NCBI GenBank assembly: GCA_951406725.2
Contig: OX597821.1
Span: forward strand, 39,122,001-39,186,000
DNA length: 64,000 nucleotides
Direction: 5' to 3'
DNA from: Octopus vulgaris
Taxonomy: Eukaryota
Positions 52,078 through 64,000 of this stretch are shown in pieces. The position numbers and the translations under genes are program-made. The notes beneath the pieces are model-generated. The model had not been told where the DNA came from. It saw only the letters and a list, made by a program, of their open reading frames with translations, and made no database searches. The number at the start of each line of letters is the position of its first letter. Position 1 is the first letter of the stretch.

Positions 52078-55000
52078 TAGTTAACTTTGGATACACTCTT
52101 TATATACGTAAACAAAATTTAGTTTTGTATAGAAATGTTATATATATATAATGTGTTTCATGTTAGTATGTATCCATGTGCATATATATATATATATGTT
52201 TGCATATCTATCTACACACATACATACATACACACACGCACATATAAACTTTGTACATATATCTGGAGGGTTAAAATCAAACTTTACACAGGAATGAAAA
52301 TAAACAAAATTTACCATTTTTGACATTATGACATATTACGCAAACATTTGGGGGAGGGAAAATGGTAAGCTTTACAATTTCTGTACGAAAGTCTAGTTTT
52401 TTCCTGTTTACAGTTGAGATGTCAAATTCATAAGTTAAAAACTTTGCAAACTCTTTTCTAATAACATGAGAAGAAAAGGTGGTAAGTGGAGACATTCCAT
52501 CTGTGGGTGATGGTCATGTCAATGATTATTCTATTTTAATTTTCTATTTATAGAAACAATTAACTCTACGTAAAACAGAATGTTTTATTTAAATTCCTTA
52601 AGCAAAATAATAGTCACCTGTGAAAGTTGACCAATTGATATGGAGAATTACTTTCTGCCTATATCTGCTTCCTTTCTATGAAACGGTTGAGTACACACAA
52701 ACACATACCATTACCTATAAATCACAAACAGTGTTCAATGCTGGCACTCAAATTTGTACCATAACACAATACAAATACTCTTAAAATAATCTTACTCAAT
52801 TAACTCATATTTTTTTAGTAATCCAGTCAAACAAATAAACTTATGTACTAGTAATACATTGTCAAACAACACAACTTTACCAAGTACTGTCCTGTATTAT
52901 AAGGATGTTGCCTGTCTTCAAATAATCAGATCAAATGAAAAATACAAACACATCTCTACCAAAATTTATTTAGCATATTTCAAATGAGAAAGAATTGTCT
53001 ACAATTTCTGTGGATCATCTTTGTTTCTGAATGAGAGTGCTCCTTGGAAAATTTCACATTCATATTTTCAGTTTGTTTTAAATATTTCTAACACAAGGCA
53101 GATGGCTTTATCTATCCTCTCTCAAGACAAAATGGTGTAATTAGGAGGAGGGTGTGTGTATACAAAGTGTTGGATGAGCATGGAACCTGGATATCAAGTC
53201 ACTAAATCTGGAAGTGGTATGGCCACCAAGTAACTCTGGAAGTGGTATGGCCACCCACATTCTTGTGACTCAGTTGTTCACTCCTATTCTGATTGGTTAC
53301 AAAATTTGCTTCTCTTCCAGCCATCCTCACTTGAGTGAAGTGATAGTGGGTATTTTACCATTTCAACTAAGCAAGTCTTAGTCATTACAATCTCATTCTC
53401 TCATCTGATGACCTTGTTTAAAGTGACTTGGGTTCATCTGTAATCTAAGAACTGTTATTTGAGTGACTTAGTGATTGTGCACCATTTTGATATGGGCAAT
53501 GTGTGTATGGTAGATGCACTGAGATGTGTAGAAAGCTCAACTCACCATCACAGGATGGTTTGAGAAAAGAGTGAGTTTGTTTTCAGAATAAGAAGCATGT
53601 TGGAGGCAGAATGTGTTTGAATATTACAAATGCATCCTTTGAATATTACAAATGCACTATTTCTGTGACTCACAAAAATATACTGAAGATAGTTTACTGT
53701 TGTGAAAGTTAATTTATGGTGTAGCATTGGCAGAGCAGTCGAAGTACTTCACCCCAGCGTAGCAGCACATTGGTGCTGTGTTCCTCCGCTCTTTAAAAGC
53801 TAACGGCAGAGGAATACATATGATGACTTCCGCCCAGAGTAATAGCACATTCTTTTCAAAGGTGTTTTATCCAGTCAGTGTCTAAATGTCAGAATGTTAA
53901 CATCTGGTTCCCTTTCATCGCTGCTTTGCTTTATCCCTTTCAGATGTAGACACTAATCTATCGATGAGCTTGTGGCTTGTCTATCTCGACACACTGGGAT
54001 TTCTACCTCACCTCACTACCACTTCAAAGATTATTGGATATTTTAGATTTGCAGCCAAGTACCAGAGCTAACTACTTTGATGTGTATTAAGGAATTAACT
54101 CATGCCTCCTACACGCTATTGTCTTGTACACTTACCTCTGTCGTGCTAGCTACTTTATGTGTGAGCAAGGAATAAATTATGTTTGTTAACCAAAAGCATT
54201 ACCTTCTGATTTTTATCGTTACCTTTATGTAAAACATGCATTTATACATTTCAAACCTTCTTATGTGTACACATCTAAATGTACTTCCTAAACTGGTAAA
54301 GCCCAACTCTTAATTTAGCTCATTACATTGGTGATCCATACGTTGGAATATTACATTCCAAAATATTCTTCAAAGTAAAAAAAAAATTCAAGAGAGAACA
54401 ACACACAACTGTCCAACACACCAGTTTAAAAAAGAAAATGATGTTATAATTGTTTGTAAAGTGTACAGGATATGTATGTTCATTGTAGCACCATCGTGTA
54501 GTGGTTAAATATTTCTTACTTCCATTTTCAACATGATGGATGACTTTCTCCTCCTAGGAATGACCTCGTGGTTTTGCATACATTTGCACTGGTGACATTC
54601 GCTTCGCTTTGACCAGAGTTTTCCTGCTTGTGTTTTTTTGTTTTTTTCATTTAGTACCAGTTGGACTGTTTTTTGTGCTGAAGAACAAACTTCTCACAGT
54701 ATTTCTCCTTGCTTCATCTTGTCTAGGATGCAAAAGTTTATTGCTTATGACACTGCATCGGACATGGCAATTGCTGCTGCTATTTCTCTTCCTCAGCCGT
54801 GTGAAGGACACCTTTAGACATATTGGCCACTTCGGTCTTAATTGAACTTTAGAGACTGGAACATTTCCTTACCTGTGCATTGTACTGCATTTCTGTTGTC
54901 CCTTTTTTTTGCACTTTTCTTTGCATATCACTTTCTTTTTCAATATTGTATATATTATATGTTAACTTGTTTCAATGTTCATACACACATGCACCACATT

Positions 55001-55236
55001 CTATAATTTTAGTTGCTTTCTCACTACTTATGTCCGAGCAGCCAACATCCTCTGCAAGCGACTTACCATTCTTACTGACTTAAAACACTTTGACTCTTAC
55101 TTCCTGGGATTTCTAGTTTCCTGGACAGTTGTTATCACGTTTGCATGTCAGACGTTCTGTGTCTCAAAACTTTGCTCTAATTTTTGCCTTTGCATGTATG
55201 TTTTAGGTTGTAAAACCTCCTAGTATGTTCTACAGT

Positions 55237-55453
55237 CCTGCACACTGCCTCAGCTTTGCATCGGCTGACACATACACATACTGCACACTGCCTCAGTTTT
55301 GCACCAGCTGGCACATCCTGCACACTGCTTCAGCTTTGCACCAGATGGCACATCCTGCCCACGGCCTCAGCTTTGCACTAGTTGGCGCATCCTGCACACT
55401 GCCTCAGCTTTGCACCAGCTGGCACATCCTGCACACTTCCTTAGCCTTGCATC
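55237..55453. repeat. 37-bp minisatellite, ~5.7 units
   Basis: Unit cctgcacactgcctcagctttgcaccagctggcacat, head to tail. Confidence 0.9.
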
Positions 55454-56583
55454 ACATACCTCCATGCATTCCTGCTTTCCTAGATTTGTACTTTTGGCTG
55501 CCAGTTTTAACTTTGAGCCACTCAGAGACCAGTCTCTCTGCTCAACAAGGTGGGACAGATATTTTTCTCCCCAGTGATGACAGAAAGTAGGTTTTTACAC
55601 TTTCTTCCTTTCCCCTGCCTTTTGTGCCATTGCCTTGCCTTGCCTTGTTACAATGGTATAACTATAGTTTGATGAAGGATAGCTGTAGTGAAAAAAAAAA
55701 GGTATTGGAAGTACAATCAGTGGCAGAAGAATCCTTTGACATTCAATGAATTCTAATGAAGAGGGCCAAACACAATAAGAATTTTAAAAAAACATATCAG
55801 AGGAAAGGCAGCCATACTTTTGTCTCTGGCATGAGTTCATAGACATTGTGACAACACATCTCACTTTCTTAGAGGACGTTGGGTCGGACATTGAGTTTTA
55901 TTTTGTTCATGTTCTGATATATTTTGAAATATTCAGAAGATACTGTGATAATCAACCTTGGATCCTTTCTGTGAAAGAAGTGACCCCAAAACCTTTACTT
56001 GTACAGTTTCTTTTTCTGCAAGAATAAATCCTGCCTCAGTCACAACCTTGTCTTACTCCTCCTTCCTCTTCTCTCTTCATCACTTTGGTTAAACAGTCAA
56101 AAACTCAGGTGAGAATCTATGTGATATTTCAATTAATAATTTATAATTTTTTATTCATCATATTTCTAATTTACATTTTTTTTAATGTAATTAATCATTC
56201 TTTCATTTTACCAAGTATTTATCTTATTTATCATGTAATAGCACATTTGATGTTTTATTTTAATGTCATTAACTTTACCTCTTTGAAAGGGGGTGGAGAG
56301 ATCTTTGAAATACAGTGTGAAGTTTTTTTTAGTTATTAATTCTTATTTTGTTTCTGGTATTTTTTAATTATCTTATTGTATTATTATTATTATCGTAATT
56401 ACATAATTTTAATGATATGCATTTATATTCTATAGAATTTTTGGTGTTTTATTAATGTTTAAAGAGAATCTTCACACACAAACTTTCAGTTTTGGTTGTG
56501 GCTTTGGAACAAAAATGTGTCTAAACACATTCACACAGACATATATCTACATATATGCATACAAGCATATACACACACACATC

Positions 56584-56619
<36 letters not shown>

Positions 56620-56765
56620 ACAGATGAAACTCCGAGATGTTCAGTATACAAAACACTTTGTGGTGCTCCAATGATTTGAACTTACATTCCAAAATCTTTA
56701 CCAAGGACTAAGTCCACAGGGTAAGAAGTGGCTACAAGAAGAATCCTGGTGAGCGGATATGGATC

Positions 56766-58120
56766 TAATGATGCAAATAAACAGATAATATATACGTAAA
56801 TCTATACATGTAAATAGAGAGAAAACAAAGATTGAAGATATTCAGATGCTGAACATTCATGTATAAACATAGAGATATTTATATATTAACATTCACACAA
56901 AGCACAATGACACAGAAGATTAAGGGGAAAAGGTATGGGATTACAGGCCTGATAGCTGTTTCTGATGGCTTGAAATAATATTTGCAGATAGTCAAGGATA
57001 TGCAACCAGTAGCAGAAGCATATATAAACATTAGGTGAATCTGGCTCCTGTCTTCAGGGTGGAGAGGTAAGTATCTAATATTCCAAATCAGAATGCAGGG
57101 AAATTTAGAGGTCGAGTGTTTGACGAGGAAGGCCAATAGAGATAAGCAAGTGCAGAGAGAAAAAGTAGGCAGCACTAGCTACATATCCCTTCTACTTGTA
57201 CCACTTCTTCTGTTCTATATTTCTCTCACAGGATTACCTTTGCATATTCCTCTACTCAACACATCATCCTTTACCACTATCCCATCCTCATATTTTGACT
57301 TCTTTCCCCATCTCCGCCTAGTTTTTTCTTTAACTTGCCCCACCCCTTTCTCCTTCTCTGTCCACCTCTCTTTTTACTCTCATACTCTCTTTCCACTGTC
57401 AACTTACCTCCATTCTTCGAATTTCCCCTTCCCCACATTACTGGCATCTATAGCTAGATCCTTTCCTTCCCTTCTCTCACAATACCAATTTCCCTCTCTC
57501 AATTCTATAGCCTCACTATCCCTAACAACATCTTTTGTCAAACCCAACAGCAAAGATAACCCATCCCACCCCTTCCCTCTTATCTCCCAACTCTCCACTT
57601 CTACTTCTCCCAAGCCCCGATCACTCATCCCTCCCTTTTCCTGCTTTTCCTTGCTTCAACGTTCCCCACACATCCTCAAGCTGCCTACTTCCCCCTTCCG
57701 CTTATTTCTGTTTGCTTTTCTCTATACCCACTCTACCTCTAAGTTTCCCTGCATTCTGATTTGGAATATTAGATACCTACCTCTCCACCCTGAAGACAGG
57801 GGCCAGATTCACCTAATGTTTATATATGCTTCTGCTACTGGTTGCATATCCTTGACTTTCTGCAAATATTATCTAGTAATTCCGAGCCCCCAGAAACAGC
57901 TGTCAGGCCTGAAATCCCATACCTTTTCCCCTTAATTTTTTATGCCATTTTATTCTGTGTGAATTGGCTCTGTTAATATATAAATATCTCTATGTTTATG
58001 CATGAATATTCATTATCTGAATATCTTCAATCTTTGTTTTTTTCTTTATTTACATGTATATACATATGTACATTGTATATGTCTAGCCCAAGTGCCCTTA
58101 TTTGTTTATTTGCATCATTA
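56766..58120. mobile_element. Large Penelope-like fold-back element: ~400-bp inverted arms around a ~500-bp pyrimidine-rich spacer
   Basis: 56766-57173 is an imperfect reverse complement of 57680-58120 (the same peptide appears in ORFs 56879..57175(-) and 57093..57935(+)); each arm carries a hammerhead motif. Confidence 0.8.
57785..57910 (+). ncRNA. Minimal hammerhead motif with an 82-nt insert in stem II
   Basis: CUGAAGA (57790-57796)-CAGGGGC-(82 nt)-GCCCCCA-GAAA-CAGCUG-UC; palindromic stem III, GUC triplet; weak stem I. Confidence 0.6.
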
Positions 58121-59267
58121 TCTACACACGCACACTCACACACGCGTGTGTTTACGTGCATGTGTGTGCATATTAGATGTGGCAGCAAATAAAGTTCTAG
58201 AATAAATTAGATTTGTTACCACAAGGTCATATATACAAAGATACATCCATCCATCCATACATACATACATATGTACATATGTATGTATGTATGTATATAT
58301 ATATATATGTGTGTATATATATATGTATATATATATATATAACATATATAATCACTAAAAATTAAATAAATGCATATTCATTTCTCTAGATATTTGTCCA
58401 CCAAAACATTACAATAATATCCCGAAAATAAAATTATAAATATTGATTTCTTTTATTAGTTCAGAGTTACAAATATATGGAGAAGAGTATATTTGATTGA
58501 ATTGATTTCTCTATACACCAGGCACTACATTTTTTAACCCTCAGGGGACAACACTAAACACTGTAAGGTATTGAGTCAAATCCCAACCCTCTTCTCTTTC
58601 TTCCATTACATTTCCCTCAGATAAATACACTCGCTACATATGTGATGTAGTTTTTCCCATGTGTATAATGTTTAAAAGAGCAACATTTATATATGGATTC
58701 TTTCATAAGCACAAGTAATATTAAGTAAAAGAGTCAGTATAGACATTTAATTAAACAAATCTCAGTTTATTACAGGTATTTGTGTTATTCATCTGTGGAA
58801 AGTAAAGTAGAGCTTGAAACAGGTTGAATTTTGAAGAATACAACATGAAATACCATTCCCCAAAGGCACTGTTATAACCACTTTTTTCCTTTAATGACCA
58901 TATTTTAAATGAGAGGCGCTGTTGATGTGCTTTAATTTAAAAGCTCTGGAAAAACACAAAATCAAAAAACTTTAACATCAAACAGGTTTAGATATCATTA
59001 TACAACCAGACATTTCACTTGATAACACACACACACACACACACACACATGCGTGAGCGTACACGCACATAAAACATGCCATATGTATCATTTAAATAAA
59101 TGTCAAGTGCAACACCGTAAATGACAAAAAGCCTTAAAAGTAACCAGCTTAAATGTTTGAGTGTACAACATAGTTATAAACTGAGACAGCAATTATAATT
59201 AGTGCTCTTTTTAATTGAGTGACATGTCAAGGTTGAGTTGAGGAAGAGTGAAACCTGAAACTAACTC

Positions 59268-59730
59268 TCATCATCATCATCATCATCATTTAATGTTCGC
59301 CTTCCATGCTAGCATGGGTTGGACGATTTTGACTGAGGGCTGGCGAACCAGATGGCTGCACCAGGCTCCAATCTTGATCTGGCAGAGTTTCTACAGCAGG
59401 ATGCCCTTCCTAATGCCAAACACACCGAGAGTGTAGTGGGTGCTTTTTACATGCAACGGCATGGGGGCCAGTCAGGCGGCACTGGCAATGACCTAGCTCG
59501 AATCTTTTTACACATGCCACCGGCACAGGTGCCAGTAAGGCGACGTTGGTAATGATCACACTCGAATGGTGTCTTTTACGTGCCACCAGCACGGAAGCCA
59601 GTTGGCTGCTCTGGCAATGATCACGCTCGGATGGTGCTCTTGGCATCCTACTAGCATGGGCACAAGTGCCAGTAAGGTGATGCTGGTAACAATCACAATC
59701 GAATGGTGCTTTTTATGTGCCACTGGCACT
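59268..59730 (-). mobile_element. RTE-clade LINE 3' end (family A), same subfamily as 826-1290
   Basis: Shares gggctggcgaaccagatggctgcaccaggct(c/t)caatcttgatctggcagagtttc and the same order of tandem units. Confidence 0.9.
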
Positions 59731-59842
59731 TACTAATTTGGAGTGTCTTATGATTATTTTTATGATAATGTGGCCAGAATCTGTTAATGTTTCCTGCTGT
59801 AATTGCAATTGATGATGTTTCATCTATCTTTTTGCTTTTTAT

Positions 59843-60414
59843 CTTTTACTTGTTTCAGTCATTAGACTGCGACCATTCTGGGGCACTGCTTTGAAGAATT
59901 TTTAGTCAAACAAATTAACCCTAGTAATTATTATTTTTTGTAAAGCTTGCTACTTATTCTATCAGTCTCATTTGCTGAGCTGCTGAGTAATAGGGATGTA
60001 AACGAACCAACATCTGTTGTCAAGCTGTGCTATGGGACAAACTCAGACACAAACACACGTGTATATATATATATATATCATCATCATCATCATCATCGTT
60101 TAACGTCCGTTCTCCATGCTAGCATGGGTTGGACGGTTCGACCGGGGATCTGGGAAGCCAGAAGGCTGCACCAGGCTCCAGTCTTATCTGGCAATGTTTC
60201 TACAGCTGGATGCCCTTCCTAACGCCAACCACTCTGTGAGTGTAGTGGGTGCTTTTTACGTGCCACCTGCACAGGTGCCAGGCGAGGCTGGCAATGTCCA
60301 CGGTCGGATTGGTGTATTTTATGTGCCACCGGCATGGAAGCCAGTCGAGGCGGCGCTCACACAATTTATATATAGAGAGATGTAAATTACATATATATAT
60401 ATGTATGTATGTAA

Positions 60415-60452
<38 letters not shown>

Positions 60453-60595
60453 CGGGCTTCTTTCAGTTTCCATCACCCATATCTATTTACAAGGCTTTTG
60501 TTGGCCTGAAGCTATAGTAGAAAACTCTCACCCAGTGGAATTGAACCCAGGTCCATGTGGTTAGGAAGAAAAGTTCTTACCACACAGCCATGCCT
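59843..60595 (-). mobile_element. Family C SINE with a nested family A RTE 3' end (60078-60357) in its internal microsatellite
   Basis: SINE tail 59843-60060, RTE insert, (TA)n, then SINE head 60450-60595 (gacgggcttctttcagtttcc..gaacccaggtccatgtggttaggaag). Confidence 0.8.
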
Positions 60596-60787
60596 GCACT
60601 TGTATCAAATATTTATTTTTACCTTCCAGCCATGCTGGTCGCAAAAGATCTGCCCTTTTCATACCCCAGTATTAGACCCCACTCCAAGATATTCTGCTAC
60701 AAGGTTTTGTGACATCCAGAATTTTATTTTTTATACTTTAGTATGAATGTGCATGGAAAATAGACTGGGAATCTGGCATTAGCTGGT

Positions 60788-60955
60788 ATCATCATCATCG
60801 TCGTCGTCATCGTTTAATGTCCTCCTTCCATGCTGGCATGGGTTGGATGGCTTGACAGGAGCTGGCCAGGCAGGAGCATGCACCAGACTCCTCTGTCTCT
60901 GTTTTGGCATGGATTTTACAGCTGGATGCCCTTCCTAACACCAACCACTCAGCAA
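60788..60955 (-). mobile_element. Diverged family A RTE 3' end
   Basis: (CAT/CGT)n-cgtttaatgtc..ccatgctggcatgggttggatgg..cagctggatgcccttcctaacaccaaccactc. Confidence 0.75.
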
Positions 60956-63857
60956 GGTAGTATCTAAATTGCAAATGCAACTTTGAATTCATTACTTCAT
61001 GCGCGATTCCAAGCAACTGTACTTCACTTCAGTCCTGTTGTCGATTGACAAATTGAAGATTGAAGATTGAACTGAGGACTATTTTGCAGACGAAGGGAAA
61101 TAGACAATATTCCTTATTTTTAAAAATCACCATCTTCAACACCAGGTCTCCTCCTCCCCCTTCTCTTCTTCTTCTTCCTCCTCTTCCTTCTCCTTCCCCT
61201 TCCGCCTCTTCCTCTTCCTTCTCATTCCTCTTCCTTCCCCCTCCTCCTCCGCACCCTCCTCAGCAGCAGCAGCAGCAACAGCATTGTTATCACCATCATC
61301 ACTAATATTGTGGTCATCACCCTTATATAGAGGATAAAACAAAAATGGTTCTCTGCTGTATTTTGGCTCCTTTACTTTCAGGCTTTGTCTGCAATAAATA
61401 TGGTCTTTCTATTAGACATAAGATTGTTTTCCTGAATGCAAATTTATAATTAATATATGGAAGTTTTGCTTTAAATTTCTCTATTCTAATAATTCTGTTG
61501 ACAGTGAAAGATGACTTTTGGAATAAATATGATTATTGAAATAAAAGTCTCTATTGTATCTACAGAGAACCACCATGGTTTGAATATGATTTGGCACTGT
61601 GCTGCTTATATTGGGGACTTATCAATTGTGTATAGCAATTATTTGTGAGATTTCCTATCAGTAAAACTATGGTTGTTTAACTCATGAATTTACAATGAAA
61701 AGTATTAGAATCTAAAGAAAATTGGCGATGTTCTGCATCAACAAAATATCTTGAAAATAATGAAATAAGAGAAGTTTGACTGCAATAAAGAGAAGTTTGA
61801 TGTTTCAGTCAGTCATCATGTTTTAAGAAATGGAGTGAGTGTTGGAAGCACAAGATGTCTGACCTCTTCTCTCAAAATGCAATATAAACTTAGCTTATTT
61901 TGCCAACTTTCAAAGATATCTCTATATTGAAATATTACTAGAATTAGAGAAATAACCAAAGAAATGACTATCAGAAAGAATATGTTTGGTAGCGACTTTA
62001 TCTGTATCATTCCTGTTTTTTTTGTTGTTGTTATTTTAAGGAGCCTTCCATTGTTTCATAAATAATAATCAAAATTATTCCTTAATTAATATATCTTTTT
62101 GTCACAGGAGTCTTTCTTTGAGATTGTGAAGTATGATTTGAGGGAGATTTAGTTGCTGTTTAGTTGAAAACCCTGAAATTGGTATTAAGTGAGGAGTAAA
62201 GAGATATGAATCCTGAATATAAACAAAATGGTAAATGGCTGGTCAGTAAAACAGGGTTTGTCATCAATAAATTAAGATGGTGGATTATTGATAGTAACTC
62301 CTCGCTTATCCTCTATATTCTGTTTAATCTCTTATATCATCTTAATAAAATATTCTTAGTATTTAACCAACCTTAATCTTTGATCTCTTTTTTTTTCTGT
62401 GTTTGCAAGTGTATATGACTGCTTGAATTTAAGAATCTAAATTATGCTAATTAAATTCTCATTTCATATTTTTCTCACCAAAAACAAAAAAAAACAAAAT
62501 GCATGTCCTGCAGAAGATAGCCCATAGTAGTGAAAATTGGGTTCATAATTATATCATTATCATCTTCAACAAGAATTATTTTACCATTCCAATAAATTTA
62601 AATGATAAAATTTGCTCTGTAAAATAAGGGATTAATTTAAGTCAGCAAAGATAAGCAAGCCTCCTGACCACAGATGGCTTCTTGATGAGAAATCACTTCT
62701 TAGCATGCTTAATATTATCGTATAGTAGTTTACTTATAAATCTTACAATCCTTGTTCAATAACATTGACTGACATTTAGAAATTTCTGGTCAAGGGAAAA
62801 GTACTGGAGCTACTTCCTGGACCTGTCTACTCTTTTAGTTTTTATATTCCCAAGGTACTTACATTTACAGTTAAGTGAACTGAACCAGCAAGAGTAAAGT
62901 GTCTTGACTGTTAAGTCAATGAAATGCCAATGATCCACTCAGTTTATGCATGTCTACCTCTGACATTAAAATATATTTCGATTCCGTGTAATGTCAGAGA
63001 CAAATTTAGAATATAAACATTTCAAGTCTACCTTCTGGCTTCATTTTCATACATCAGTTATACTTTTTGCATTCCACACTTATTTTTTTACTTCTAAATC
63101 ATTAATTTTCTTTTAAAGTTTTATTCCTTTCAGAAATATCAAAATAAAAAATAGTTTGAAAATATTTTAGCATGTCTCTTTTTAATATATTTTCCTTGTA
63201 CTGCCTGAAGTCATCAGGAGAAAAATCGAAAAATTGTACTTCCCTTGCTTTCTAGATAGAAACTAACATTTTGTATTAACGTTTAAATGTTTTTCTAAGT
63301 TTATATAGTTTCTCAAGGAAAAATAATTTCCATTCTAAATATCTCTATACAAGCCTCTCATTGAAAGGATTCCATCTTCAGTAGAGTCAATGTAAACTTC
63401 AGTTTCCCTCGATAATGATCAACAGAACAGAAAGTATCCTACAACTGTAATGCATTGTGGCATTGTTAACAATTGTTGACTATCCAAACCAAAGAGATAG
63501 AAATATTAGATTCTTATGGAGGACACTAGTTTGATGTTGTTAAGAAAGGAGGAGAGGTAATATCAGTAGAATTTAGAATATCAGGAAAATGTTCAACTAA
63601 TATACATCTATGTATGTTCTCAAATGTGATGCACCAACAGAATCATGTGAGCAGAGTTCCTGGGGTCCTGGTGTTCTGCAAGAAATTGCTAGGGGTTCAT
63701 GAGAAATATTAATAAATTATCTAATTATATGCAAATGCAATTTTGAGTTATTCAATTATACACGCACAATAAATTTCTCAAGTTAGGAAAATCCTTTGAT
63801 ATGTAAAGTAGTAAAGGGACCCTATGGGAATTGTAAGGGAATTCGGTCTAAACATGT

Positions 63858-64000
63858 ATTTATTTATTGCCCATAGGGGGCTAAACATAGAGGAGACAAA
63901 CAAAGGGATTAAGTCAATTACATCGACCCCAGTGCATAACTGGTACTTATTTAATTGACCCTGAAAGGATGAAAGGCAAAGTCGACCTCAATGGAATTTG
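63858..64000 (-). mobile_element. Family B SINE, cut by the window end
   Basis: ggggctaaacatagag..catcgaccccagtgcataactggtactta..aaaggatgaaaggcaaagtcgacctc. Confidence 0.85.

Noticed and set aside
53208-53657. Short tandem duplications (28-bp period at 53208, 21-bp at 53617; similar ones at 10457, 27750, 51560 and 61762)
   Set aside because: Ordinary local slippage duplications with no further structure.
53760-53782. miR-15/16-like sequence TAGCAGCACA
   Set aside because: Only the first ~10 nt match and it does not sit in a pre-miRNA-type arm.
53778-53830. SECIS element or C/D snoRNA (AAA loop, ATGATGA)
   Set aside because: No AUGA/GA quartet in the stem, and no suitably placed D box with a terminal stem.
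55237-55453. CRISPR array (37-bp repeats)
   Set aside because: Units are head to tail with no unique spacers, there are no cas genes, and the context is eukaryotic.
57093-57935. Longest ORF (280 aa) as a protein-coding gene
   Set aside because: It runs through a stop-poor C/T-rich spacer and the inverted-repeat arms; S/L/P/F-biased with no recognisable domain.

Overview
AT-rich, repeat-dense eukaryotic (animal) DNA, either intergenic or part of one long intron. The repeat families resemble those I recall from coleoid cephalopod (Octopus-like) genomes; this is pattern recognition, not a database result. I found no intact host protein-coding gene. Most ORF-track entries are microsatellite or repeat artefacts; the few real ones are decayed transposon proteins. 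Elements present: an abundant RTE-clade LINE 3' end with (GAT)n tail, two tRNA-derived SINE families (several with clean TSDs), CR1/L2-type LINE fragments, two R4/Dong-type RLE fragments inside (TAA)n, two dead mariner elements, a piggyBac-type MITE, a hAT-type MITE, a non-autonomous Helitron and a Penelope-type RT remnant. The most interesting signal is a set of short non-coding, microsatellite-associated elements carrying minimal type I hammerhead ribozyme (HHR) motifs of the Penelope kind. Several have an enlarged stem II and a fold-back (inverted repeat) layout. The best copy (21118-21488) has an intact catalytic core, and its perfect 60-bp inverted arm begins within 1 nt of the predicted self-cleavage site.
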